From Candidatus Krumholzibacteriota bacterium (lineage in GTDB: Bacteria; Krumholzibacteriota; Krumholzibacteriia; JAJRXK01), in NCBI GenBank assembly GCA_963727455.1, contig CAVSGG010000009.1, positions 32,001 through 96,000 on the forward strand: a stretch of 64,000 bases of DNA, in the 5' to 3' direction. Numbering within the stretch: position 1 is the stretch's first letter; every line of letters starts with the position of its first letter. Under the pieces are notes generated by a model. It saw only the letters and a list, made by a program, of their open reading frames with translations, had not been told where the DNA came from and did no database searches. Below, piece by piece: positions 1 to 8,362 of the stretch. Position numbers and translations under genes: made by a program.

Positions 1-164
1 AGACTCTCCAAGCCACTGACCACGCGCAAGACGCAGGTGCCGCAGGTGCCGGCACGGCAACCGAAAGGCAGGCCGCTGCCCGCCCGCTGCGCGGCGAGCT
101 GGACGGTGGATCCGGGTTCGACCTCCACCGAAATACCATCGTTGAGGAATGTGACTTGAGGCAT
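1..164 (-). CDS. 2Fe-2S ferredoxin (plant/adrenodoxin-type), 3' end runs off the window
   Basis: Manual translation from ATG at 164: MPQVTFLNDGISVEVEPGSTVQLAAQRAGSGLPFGCRAGTCGTCVLRVVSGLES, with a C-x4-C-x2-C motif; absent from the ORF track because it is truncated. Confidence 0.85.
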   Translation of the reverse strand, partial: MPQVTFLNDGISVEVEPGSTVQLAAQRAGSGLPFGCRAGTCGTCVLRVVSGLES

Positions 165-225
165 GGTCCGACTCCGTTCCGGCGGAGGAGCGAGTTTTCG
201 AGCGTTCCGCGCCAGTGAGCGGCCT

Positions 226-296
226 AGCCTAGTCGAAGCGGGCCAAAGCGGCAAGAATGACCCATTCTTGCCAGCCCTGCTATGCTCTGCTAGCTT
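226..296. promoter_or_regulatory. Back-to-back sigma70-like promoters for the ferredoxin (-) and mqnD (+)
   Basis: Minus strand TTGCCG(254-249)-17 bp-TAGGCT(231-226); plus strand TTGCCA(268-273)-17 bp-TAGCTT(291-296) with extended TG. Confidence 0.5.
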
Positions 297-373
297 GGCC
301 GGGCGCAATTCTTCCGGTTGCTCGCACAAGTTCTCCTTTTTGCACGAATCGTACCCAAGCGCGGCGGACCACC

Positions 374-1210
374 ATGCACTTGACCCTCGGACACAGCCCC
401 GATCCCGACGACGCCTTCATGTTCTGGGCGCTCGCTCACGACCAGATTCCCACCGGCGAATACACTTTCGAGCACATTCTACAGGACATTCAGACCCTCA
501 ACGAGCGTGCGATGCGGGGCGAGCTTCACATCACCGCCATCTCCATCCATGCCTATGCCTACGTTCTGGACAAATACGCGCTCCTGCCCGCCGGGAGCAG
601 CATGGGAGATGACTATGGCCCCATGGTGGTGACGCGAAAGGAAAGCGGCCTGACCCCATCCGACCTCAAGGGCACCAAGATCGCGATTCCGGGCACGATG
701 ACCACCGCGTATCTGGCGCTGCGCTTGATTCTCGAGTCAGACTTCGACTACGAAGTCGTTCCCTTCGACGAGATCATTCCCCGCGTCGCCGACGGCAGCT
801 TCGAGGCCGGCCTCATCATTCACGAGGGTCAACTGAGCTATCCGCGCCAGGGATTGAAATTACTCATCGATACCGGCAAGTGGTGGAAGCAGGAGACGGG
901 CCTTCCTCTGCCTCTGGGCGGCAATGCCATTCGCAAGGACCTGGGCCAAGAGAGAATGAGTGAGATCAATCGGGTTCTGTTGCGCAGCATCCGCCACGGA
1001 CTCGAGCACCGCAAGGAAGCCCTGGATTACGCCATGCAGTACGCCCGCGACATGGAACTGGAATCGGCCGACGAGTTCGTGGGGATGTATGTCAACGACT
1101 ATACCCTCGACTACGGTGACGAAGGCCGTGAAGCCGTGCGCCTCCTGCTCGACCGGGGAGCCGCGGCAGGTATTCTTCCCAAGGTGAATGAACTCCAATT
1201 CGTGAGCTGA
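374..1210 (+). CDS. mqnD: 1,4-dihydroxy-6-naphthoate synthase (futalosine menaquinone pathway)
   Basis: N-terminal LGHSPDPDDAFMF, DIQTLN, GLIIHEGQL and WWKQETGLPLPLGG motifs; start moved to ATG 374. Confidence 0.93.
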   Translation: MHLTLGHSPDPDDAFMFWALAHDQIPTGEYTFEHILQDIQTLNERAMRGELHITAISIHAYAYVLDKYALLPAGSSMGDDYGPMVVTRKESGLTPSDLKGTKIAIPGTMTTAYLALRLILESDFDYEVVPFDEIIPRVADGSFEAGLIIHEGQLSYPRQGLKLLIDTGKWWKQETGLPLPLGGNAIRKDLGQERMSEINRVLLRSIRHGLEHRKEALDYAMQYARDMELESADEFVGMYVNDYTLDYGDEGREAVRLLLDRGAAAGILPKVNELQFVS

Positions 1211-1216
1211 TCGGCG

Positions 1217-2185
1217 ATGTCGTTCCGATTCTTTTCACGCTCTGAACTGGGGCGCTGCGAATGCTGCCCGAGGAACTGCCGCGTCGACCGGACTCGCGGC
1301 GAAAGGGGCGTATGTGGGATTGGTGAGTGTGCGCAGGTCGCGCACCATGGCCTGCACTTCGGCGAAGAACCTCCAATTTCGGGGCAACGTGGCTCGGGTG
1401 CGATCTTCTTCAGCGGCTGTAATCTCCGTTGCGTTTTCTGCCAGAACCATCAAATCAGTCAGGGCGCACTCGCGAGAAGTTCCCGCCGCCACTGCGACGA
1501 GGAACTGGCCGATCTCATGCTCGAGCTGCAAGCCGCTGGAGCGCACAACATCAACCTCGTCTCGCCCTCTCACGTGATTTTCCAGATCGCGGATGCGATC
1601 GAAATGGCGCGCAATCAGGGATTGCGGATTCCCATCGTCTACAACAGCGGGGGCTACGATTCCGTGGCGGCTCTGCGGAGGATCGCGGGTCTCATCGAGA
1701 TCTACCTTCCGGATCTGAAGTACGCGAACTCGAGCCTGGCACGCACGCTCTCCAAGGCGCCGGACTACCCTCAGGTGGCCAGAGCCGCGATTAGCGAGAT
1801 GTTCGCGCAGGTGGGCGAGCTTCGTTGCGACGCTGATGGAATTGCACGTGGCGGCTTGCTGGTTCGCCATTTGGTGTTGCCGGGGCAGCTGGAAAACTCC
1901 AAAGCTTGCCTGCGATTCCTCGCCGAACTCTCCTGCGACATCCATCTGAGCATCATGTCGCAGTACACCCCGCGGGAGGGAACGAACACCATTTCGGGCC
2001 TGGAACGCGGAGTCAGCGAGGAAGAGTACGAGGAGATCTGTGAAACCGCGCTCGAGCTGGGTCTGACGAATGCCTTCGTTCAGGAACTCTCGTCGCAGGG
2101 GAACTACCTGCCCGATTTCGAGCGCAAAAGCCCCTTTGAGCCAAGGAGCGGCTCAGAAGTAGAAGTAAAGTCCACCCTGGGGTAG
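1217..2185 (+). CDS. Radical SAM protein, PflX-like (PFL-activating-enzyme related)
   Basis: N-terminal CECCPRNC..R...G.CG, HFGEEPPISG..GSG.IFFSGCNLRCVFCQN (CxxxCxxC), LLVRHLVLPG, MSQYTP. Confidence 0.88.
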   Translation: MSFRFFSRSELGRCECCPRNCRVDRTRGERGVCGIGECAQVAHHGLHFGEEPPISGQRGSGAIFFSGCNLRCVFCQNHQISQGALARSSRRHCDEELADLMLELQAAGAHNINLVSPSHVIFQIADAIEMARNQGLRIPIVYNSGGYDSVAALRRIAGLIEIYLPDLKYANSSLARTLSKAPDYPQVARAAISEMFAQVGELRCDADGIARGGLLVRHLVLPGQLENSKACLRFLAELSCDIHLSIMSQYTPREGTNTISGLERGVSEEEYEEICETALELGLTNAFVQELSSQGNYLPDFERKSPFEPRSGSEVEVKSTLG

Positions 2186-2662
2186 GGGCAGGATGTCGTC
2201 GTGACTGCGGCGATACACGAAACCCAGGTCGGCTTTCAAGGCCAGCCGCGGCATCAAGAGGTACTCGACGCCGACCCCGATGGAGGCGTTCCAGTGCTGG
2301 TCCCCCTCCGCTCCTCCCTCTCCGTCGTGAATGATGGCCAGGGCCGGTCCCGCGTAGAGCCGGACTCTCCCCTCCTGGCGCAGCACGAGGTGCAGCTCGG
2401 CGCCCAGATTCCAATCCGTGCTCTTGTCGTTGCGCCAGATGCCTCCGGTCACCGACATCATGGTCTGCGGAAGCAGGGGCCAGCGCACTGACAGCCCGCT
2501 GCCGGTGGCCCATCCGGCCTGCAGGCCAATGGCGGCGATGTAGGGATCGCCGGCCTGATTCCAATCGTAGTAGCTCTGTGCCCGCGCCGGTGTGACGACC
2601 AGCAGCAGGTAGAGGCTTGCCGCGAACAGCGCCTTGAAACCCATGCCAAGCCAATCCCTCAT
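2153..2662 (-). CDS. Small outer-membrane beta-barrel protein
   Basis: Signal peptide ending ARA-Q, alternating beta strands (IGVGVEY, LALKADLG), C-terminal aromatic LYFYF. Confidence 0.65.
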   Translation of the reverse strand: MRDWLGMGFKALFAASLYLLLVVTPARAQSYYDWNQAGDPYIAAIGLQAGWATGSGLSVRWPLLPQTMMSVTGGIWRNDKSTDWNLGAELHLVLRQEGRVRLYAGPALAIIHDGEGGAEGDQHWNASIGVGVEYLLMPRLALKADLGFVYRRSHDDILPLPQGGLYFYF

Positions 2663-2742
2663 GAAGCGACTCCCGAACTCAGCTGCCGGCCGAGGGTCCT
2701 CGATCCGGGAAGATCCTCGGTCCGTTGAGACCTAGGGGCAGG

Positions 2743-3714
2743 CTACCCGCGAGACCCGCGTTCATCAACGAGGAATAACGCTCGCGGAGCCGGCAGGTCC
2801 GCGATGAGAGCTTGCTCGGGAGCCGGGCCCGAGAGCGGGATTCGCCAGAGTTCACCGTCGTCGGTCGCGGCCCACACCACATCTTCGTGCACCAACAAAT
2901 CCTGAATCGCCCCGTGGAAGGGACCGGCCAGAGGCCGGCCCACTGCTGCATCGCCGGCGAAGTGCCACACACTCATCCGGGATCCGTCGGGCCCGCGCCA
3001 GGTCGCCGGCGGGCCGGGAGCCGCGGCGACCACGACGCCGTCCGCGGGCCCCATGCTTCGCGCCAATCGAGCCGCGAAGGCGGCGCGGGGGGGCAAGCCG
3101 AGGCGATGGGCCGCGCCGGAGAGCGGATCGAAAGCCCACAGGCCCAGGCCCGTGGCCAGGTAGAACCGGGGCGCGGCGAAGAGGAGATCCCGCGCATCGC
3201 GCGGCAGTTCGTCGGCGCCGTGGACTCGCCAGCGACCCTCGCGGTGGCAATAGACGCCCCCCACGCTGATGCTGGCCCACACGCTGTCGCCTTCGGCCCA
3301 GAGCCCAGTCACGCGCGGTTCATAGGGCGCTTCCAGGCCCTGCCAGCGCTCGCGTGCGGCGAGTCCGGACAGCGGGCTCAGTTCCAGCCAACCCTCGTCC
3401 TCTCGCCAGCGCCAGACCTGGGGAGGGCAAGTTCCGAGATAGAGAGTCCCGTCCTTGGCCATGCATGCACACTGAGGCTCGCTCTCGTCCAGCTCGAGCG
3501 AAGGACCTTCCCTGAAGGCGCGCGCGGCGGAGTCCCAGAGGAGAAGCCGCCCGTCGCCGCAGAGTGCGGCCAGACGCCCGGAGTTTCCGGCGAGAGCCAC
3601 GGCGGCGCTCGCCGGAGCGTCGACCGAAAGTTGCCGCTTCGAGCTGGGCAGCTCCGTCTCTATCGGAACTCTCCACAGTCCTCGTTCACTGGCCACCAAG
3701 AGAATCTGGCTCAT
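2743..3714 (-). CDS. Hypothetical beta-propeller (WD40/YVTN/BNR-like) protein
   Basis: Repeated blade-like segments (LLVASERGLWRV, LYLGT.PPQVWR, VWASISVGGVY, YLATGLGLW, VWAATDDGELWR); start uncertain. Confidence 0.6.
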   Translation of the reverse strand: MSQILLVASERGLWRVPIETELPSSKRQLSVDAPASAAVALAGNSGRLAALCGDGRLLLWDSAARAFREGPSLELDESEPQCACMAKDGTLYLGTCPPQVWRWREDEGWLELSPLSGLAARERWQGLEAPYEPRVTGLWAEGDSVWASISVGGVYCHREGRWRVHGADELPRDARDLLFAAPRFYLATGLGLWAFDPLSGAAHRLGLPPRAAFAARLARSMGPADGVVVAAAPGPPATWRGPDGSRMSVWHFAGDAAVGRPLAGPFHGAIQDLLVHEDVVWAATDDGELWRIPLSGPAPEQALIADLPAPRALFLVDERGSRG

Positions 3715-3895
3715 CTTGAAGACTTCGGGCTTGGAGTCGTGCAGGATCATCCTCGCGAAAGAGGTGTAGTCTAGCAGGAACACGCTAGCTTGAACAACGC
3801 ACGCCCTTGAAGTTGCGAACTCTCACTTCCCAGCTTCGAGCTCATTCCCTATGATCCTAGCCATTCGGGCCGAATGCACCGCGATTGGAGCGCAC

Positions 3896-4339
3896 TTGGG
3901 CAAGCAAAAACTTCTCACCATTGGATGGCGGGAGTACGTAGCCCTCCCCGAATGGAGCTTGTTCAAGATCAGAGCGAAAATCGATACCGGAGCGAGATCT
4001 TGCGCTCTCGACGTACACCACCTTGAATGCTTGGAAGGGGACCGAGTGCACTTCGAGATCGCGCTCTCGAGAAAAGACCGCACGCGCATACGGCGCGTCG
4101 AGGCGGCAATCAGCCGCAGAAGCATCGTGAAGTCCAGTCTGGGAGACACCCACGAGCGTATTTTCGTCAAGACTCCGCTGATTTTGGCCGGGATCCGACA
4201 GATCGTGGAAGTGGGACTCATTTCGCGGGAAGAAATGCGCTCGCGGATGCTTATTGGCAGAAATGTGCTAGAGGGCCGCTACCTGGTCGATCCGAGTGCT
4301 CGTTTTCTCTGGCCCCATGAAATGCGCCCCGACAGCTGA
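3896..4339 (+). CDS. RimK-associated retropepsin-like protease (RimB / 'ATP-dependent Zn protease' family)
   Basis: IGWREYV.LP, AKIDTGARSCALD and MLIGR motifs; TTG start after GGAG preferred (alternative ATG 3851). Confidence 0.88.
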   Translation: MGKQKLLTIGWREYVALPEWSLFKIRAKIDTGARSCALDVHHLECLEGDRVHFEIALSRKDRTRIRRVEAAISRRSIVKSSLGDTHERIFVKTPLILAGIRQIVEVGLISREEMRSRMLIGRNVLEGRYLVDPSARFLWPHEMRPDS

Positions 4340-4368
4340 GTAAATTTCCCCGAGTAGAAACGAAGAAG

Positions 4369-5559
4369 ATGAAGATTGCCATCCTGACTCGCAACGCGCG
4401 CGGTTACTCCGTACGAAGATTGCGCCATGCCGCGGACGAGCGAGGACACAAAGTCCGCGCCTACGACACCTTGAAGTTCGCGCTCCACGTCGAGTCCCGT
4501 GAACCCGACCTCCTGTACAATCAGCGCGCCATCGAAAACTGTGACGTGGTGATTCCGCGCATTGGATCATCGATCACCCCCTTCGGCACCGCCGTGGTGC
4601 GGCAGTTCGAGCAAATGGGAGTGAGTTGCCTGAACACCTCGACTTCCATCAGCGTTTCCCGTGACAAGTTGCGCAGCCTCCAGGTTTTGAGCCGCCACGA
4701 CATCGGCATGCCGGAATCCGCTTTCGTTCGGCGCAAAGAGGACGTGATACCGGCAATTCGTGGCGTGGGCGGAGCGCCCGTGATCATCAAGCTCCTCGAG
4801 GGTTCACAGGGAATCGGGGTGATCCTCGCCGACCAAGAGACGATCGCGGCCGCGATCATCGAGACTCTGCAAAGTGCGAGGCAGAGCGTGCTCATTCAGA
4901 AATTCGTTTCTGAAAGCAAGGGGAAGGACATCCGCGCGCTCGTGGTGGGAGGTCGAGTGGTGGCCGCCATGCGCCGAAGGGCTGCGGGTCACGAGTTTCG
5001 CAGCAACGTGCACCGAGGGGGACGAACCGAGCCGGTGGAACTGGACGAGGAATACCAACGCACCGCGGTGAAGGCGGCACAGATCATGGGTTTGCGCCTG
5101 GCTGGCGTGGATATCCTCGAAAGCGAGGAAGGTCCCCAGGTCATGGAGGTGAATTCCTCTCCGGGACTCGAAGGGATCGAGAAGGCCACCGGGGTGGACG
5201 TCGCGGGAGCGATCATCGAGCACCTCGAGGAACTCGTGCTCTTTCCGGAGATCGATCTGCGACAACGCCTCACCCTGAAGAGCGGATATGGAGTGGCGGA
5301 GTTCCAGGTGAACCGAGAATCGAGCCTGTGCAACACCCCCATCGCGGAGACGGGTCTGAGAGAGCGCGATGTGCTCGTGTTGAGCATCCAGAGGGCGGGC
5401 ATCAGCATTCCCGCCCCTCACGGTCGCCACGAGATCCTTCCCGGAGACACTCTGGTATGTTACGGCAAAATCCTCACTCTGAAGTCGCTGATCCCGGCCA
5501 AGAAGCCGCGGCGACGCAAGAAAAAACGCAATTCGAGTTCGGGCGGAGGACGCAAATGA
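4369..5559 (+). CDS. rimK: RimK-family alpha-L-glutamate ligase (ATP-grasp) with C-terminal RCK_C/TrkA-C domain
   Basis: VIPRIG, SRDKLRSLQVL, KLLEGSQGIGV, DIRALVVG, EFRSNVHRGG, EVNSSPGLEGIE; the extra ~100 aa (SSLCNTPIAETGLRERDVLVLSIQRAG..PAP.G...ILPGDTLVCYG) matches RCK_C. Confidence 0.92.
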   Translation: MKIAILTRNARGYSVRRLRHAADERGHKVRAYDTLKFALHVESREPDLLYNQRAIENCDVVIPRIGSSITPFGTAVVRQFEQMGVSCLNTSTSISVSRDKLRSLQVLSRHDIGMPESAFVRRKEDVIPAIRGVGGAPVIIKLLEGSQGIGVILADQETIAAAIIETLQSARQSVLIQKFVSESKGKDIRALVVGGRVVAAMRRRAAGHEFRSNVHRGGRTEPVELDEEYQRTAVKAAQIMGLRLAGVDILESEEGPQVMEVNSSPGLEGIEKATGVDVAGAIIEHLEELVLFPEIDLRQRLTLKSGYGVAEFQVNRESSLCNTPIAETGLRERDVLVLSIQRAGISIPAPHGRHEILPGDTLVCYGKILTLKSLIPAKKPRRRKKKRNSSSGGGRK

Positions 5560-6623
5560 AGAAGAGCACGTCCGCGTTCCGGCTGGGGGGCGTCCGGGTA
5601 CCGCGCGGCGAATCGCGTGACATTCGCATCGAGCTGAGCCAGAGCTACACCGGTGACGTAATCAGCCTGCCGGTGCACGTGCTTCGAGGAAAGACCAAGG
5701 GACCGACCCTCTTCGTGACTGCGGCGATCCATGGCGACGAGATCAACGGCACCGGCATCCTGCACGAGATTCTCTTCGACACCCCCCTGAAACTCGTGGC
5801 GGGAACTCTCATCCTGGTTCCGGTGGTCAACGTCTTCGGTTTCGAAACGCAGGATCGTTACATGCCCGACCGTCGCGATCTCAATCGCTTCTTTCCGGGG
5901 GACCCCACCGGCAGCCTGACGCGGCGCATCGCACACACTCTCTTCTCACAGATCGTGGGGCAGAGCGACTTCGGGATCGATCTGCATACCGCGGCCACCG
6001 GACGGACCAACTTTCCCAACGTGCGCGGCGACCTGAGAAACAAAGATGTACGTCGCCTGGCGCGTTCCTTCGGTTGCGAACTCATGGTTCACGGCCGCGG
6101 CCCCGAAGGTTCCTTGCGCCGGGAGGCAGTCAAAGCAGGTTGTCCGACCATTCTCCTCGAGGCCGGGGAGCCCTCCAAAATCGAACGGGGGGTGCAGGAA
6201 ACTGGAGTCCGGGGGATTCTGAACGTCCTTTCGGACCTGGGGATGATCGAGCGGCAAGCGGTTCAGCCCCTCTATCAGGTCAAGATCTATCGCTCCGTGT
6301 GGCTGCGGGCGGAAGCGGCGGGAATCCTGCGCTTCCACGTGAGCCCGGGCGAGCTGGTCGAGGCCGGCCAGGCCATCGCGACCAACGTGAGCGTGTTCGG
6401 AGAGACGCAAAACACTCTGCTTTCGCCGGTCGACGGTATCATCCTGGGGATGACCACCCTGCCCGCGGTGAAGCCGGGGGAGCCGGTATGTCACCTCGCG
6501 ATTCCCTCGCGTTCTTTGAAGGGAGTGCGTCGCGCACTGGAGCGTTCCCGGTCCCTCGAGTTCGAGACCGCCTCGCCGGGGAGCCTAACTTCACAGACGA
6601 TCTTCGAGCAGCGCGAGGACTGA
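5556..6623 (+). CDS. Succinylglutamate desuccinylase/aspartoacylase family (M14-like) protein
   Basis: AAIHGDEING, DLNRFFPG, IDLHT, LLEAG and a C-terminal biotinyl-like hairpin; ATGA overlap with the rimK stop. Confidence 0.9.
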   Translation: MKKSTSAFRLGGVRVPRGESRDIRIELSQSYTGDVISLPVHVLRGKTKGPTLFVTAAIHGDEINGTGILHEILFDTPLKLVAGTLILVPVVNVFGFETQDRYMPDRRDLNRFFPGDPTGSLTRRIAHTLFSQIVGQSDFGIDLHTAATGRTNFPNVRGDLRNKDVRRLARSFGCELMVHGRGPEGSLRREAVKAGCPTILLEAGEPSKIERGVQETGVRGILNVLSDLGMIERQAVQPLYQVKIYRSVWLRAEAAGILRFHVSPGELVEAGQAIATNVSVFGETQNTLLSPVDGIILGMTTLPAVKPGEPVCHLAIPSRSLKGVRRALERSRSLEFETASPGSLTSQTIFEQRED

Positions 6624-6627
6624 AACG

Positions 6628-7461
6628 ATGAGCACAACGCGCATCCGCAGTTGGACGCACCGGGCCGAGGATTCCCAGGGTCTGCCGGAAACCGGCTCGC
6701 CGAGCATTGCACTGCGATATCGTGGACGTCCCGGCGGCGACGGAAAGTGCGAGGATGCCGCGCTCGTCCTCGAACTCGGCCCCCACTCGCATCTGTTGGC
6801 GGTAGCGGACGGAATGGGTAGCGGGGCCCGAGCGGACGACGCCTCGGCCACGATCGTCGAGTGCCTGGCCAAACGCGCTGAAGCGCTCGCCGACGAGAGC
6901 ACTTCCCGATTGGAGATCCTCAATGCCATCGAGGAAGCCAACGAGCAAATCCGCGGCTGGGGCGTGGGCGCGGCCACGACGGTGGTCATCGCCCGGGTCG
7001 ATGGCGAGGGCTATCGCACCTACCACGTGGGAGACTCCGAGGCCTTGGTCGCCGGACAGCGCGGCAAGCTGAAGTGGCAAACCGTTTCGCACTCGCCGGT
7101 CGGCTATGCGCAGGCCTCCGGACTCCTCGACGCGCACGACGCCATGGTGCACGAGGAAAGGCATCTGGTGCACAGCATGCTCGGCATGGAAGGAATGCGG
7201 GTGGACGTGGGAGAACGTCGCCACTTCGCCATGCGTGACACCTTGGTGCTGGGCAGTGACGGCCTCTTCGACAACCTGGAGCTGGTGGAGATCGTGGAGA
7301 TCATCCGACGCGGTCCCCTGAAGAAAGCGGCCGACGCGCTTCTCGCCCGAAGTCTGGAGCGCATGAACCGCCCCGAGACGGAGGGCCCGGGCAAGCCCGA
7401 CGACATCGCCTTCATTCTCTACCGCCCCCCGTTCAAGCCCTCTGGGAGCCAGAAAAAATGA
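6628..7461 (+). CDS. PP2C/PPM-family protein phosphatase
   Basis: CEDA, VADGMG, HVGDS, GSDGLFDNL and DDIA metal-binding motifs. Confidence 0.88.
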   Translation: MSTTRIRSWTHRAEDSQGLPETGSPSIALRYRGRPGGDGKCEDAALVLELGPHSHLLAVADGMGSGARADDASATIVECLAKRAEALADESTSRLEILNAIEEANEQIRGWGVGAATTVVIARVDGEGYRTYHVGDSEALVAGQRGKLKWQTVSHSPVGYAQASGLLDAHDAMVHEERHLVHSMLGMEGMRVDVGERRHFAMRDTLVLGSDGLFDNLELVEIVEIIRRGPLKKAADALLARSLERMNRPETEGPGKPDDIAFILYRPPFKPSGSQKK

Positions 7462-8192
7462 GCAGAGCACGCATCCAGAGTTTCAACCTGAAACCAGGAC
7501 GTAAGATCGGACGCAGTTACGAAGTCGAACAGAGGCTCGGGGGAGGCAGCGAGGGAGAGGTCTACCGCATCCGCGAGCGTAGCACGGGAATCCTGCGCGC
7601 CGCCAAGTTGTTCTTCCCCCACCCCGATCCCAAGGGCACGATGCCCGCGCGCAGGGCCCAGAAGTTGGAAGCGCTGCGCGACTGCCCGATCGTGATGCAG
7701 TACTACCACACCGAACACGTGAAGATCGGACAGCTGTGGACCACGGTGATGATCAGCGCGTACTCGCCGGGGCAGCCGCTCCAGGAGTGGGTCGACAAGC
7801 ATCGTGGCAAGAGACTGCGCCCCTTCATCGCCTTGATCATCCTGCACCGTTTGGCTCTTGGCCTGGAGGATGTCCACGACCGCGGCGAGTACCACGCCGA
7901 CGTCCACACCGGAAACATCCTCATCAGTCAGGTCGGCGTGGATTTTCAGTTGAAGCTCATCGATTTCTACGACTGGGGCCGCCCCAGCCGCGCCAAGCAG
8001 CAGAACGACATCCTGCAGGCGGTACGCGTGCTCTACGACATGATCGGGGGGCCCAAGGCCTACCGGGAGAGCCCCAAGGACATCCGCGAGGTGTGCTGCG
8101 GGCTGCGCCACGATCTCATCTTGAGCCGCTATCCCACCATGGCGGCCCTGCGCTATCACCTGGAGAGCTTCGAGCCCACCATCCTGCCCTGA
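7458..8192 (+). CDS. Small soluble Ser/Thr protein kinase-like protein
   Basis: Gly loop LGGGSEGEVY, AAK lysine, catalytic loop HADVHTGNIL, KLIDFY; ATGA overlap with PP2C. Confidence 0.82.
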   Translation: MSRARIQSFNLKPGRKIGRSYEVEQRLGGGSEGEVYRIRERSTGILRAAKLFFPHPDPKGTMPARRAQKLEALRDCPIVMQYYHTEHVKIGQLWTTVMISAYSPGQPLQEWVDKHRGKRLRPFIALIILHRLALGLEDVHDRGEYHADVHTGNILISQVGVDFQLKLIDFYDWGRPSRAKQQNDILQAVRVLYDMIGGPKAYRESPKDIREVCCGLRHDLILSRYPTMAALRYHLESFEPTILP

Positions 8193-8292
8193 GAGCGAGC
8201 CCGGCGCTCTCCGACCAAGGGGAGAGAGCATCGCACTCAGCTCTGCGCCTACAGTGCCACCGAGACGCTCCAGCGGGCACCTGCGCCACACG

Positions 8293-8324
8293 AAAAAGAG
8301 GGGAAGGCCTGCGCCCTCCCCTCT
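8293..8324 (-). terminator. Intrinsic terminator downstream of the multiheme cytochrome
   Basis: AGAGGGGA(8297-8304)/TCCCCTCT(8317-8324) stem followed by TTTTT on the minus strand. Confidence 0.6.
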
Positions 8325-8362
8325 CCTTCATTGGAAGACCGAGGTCCCCGAGACTCGATACC

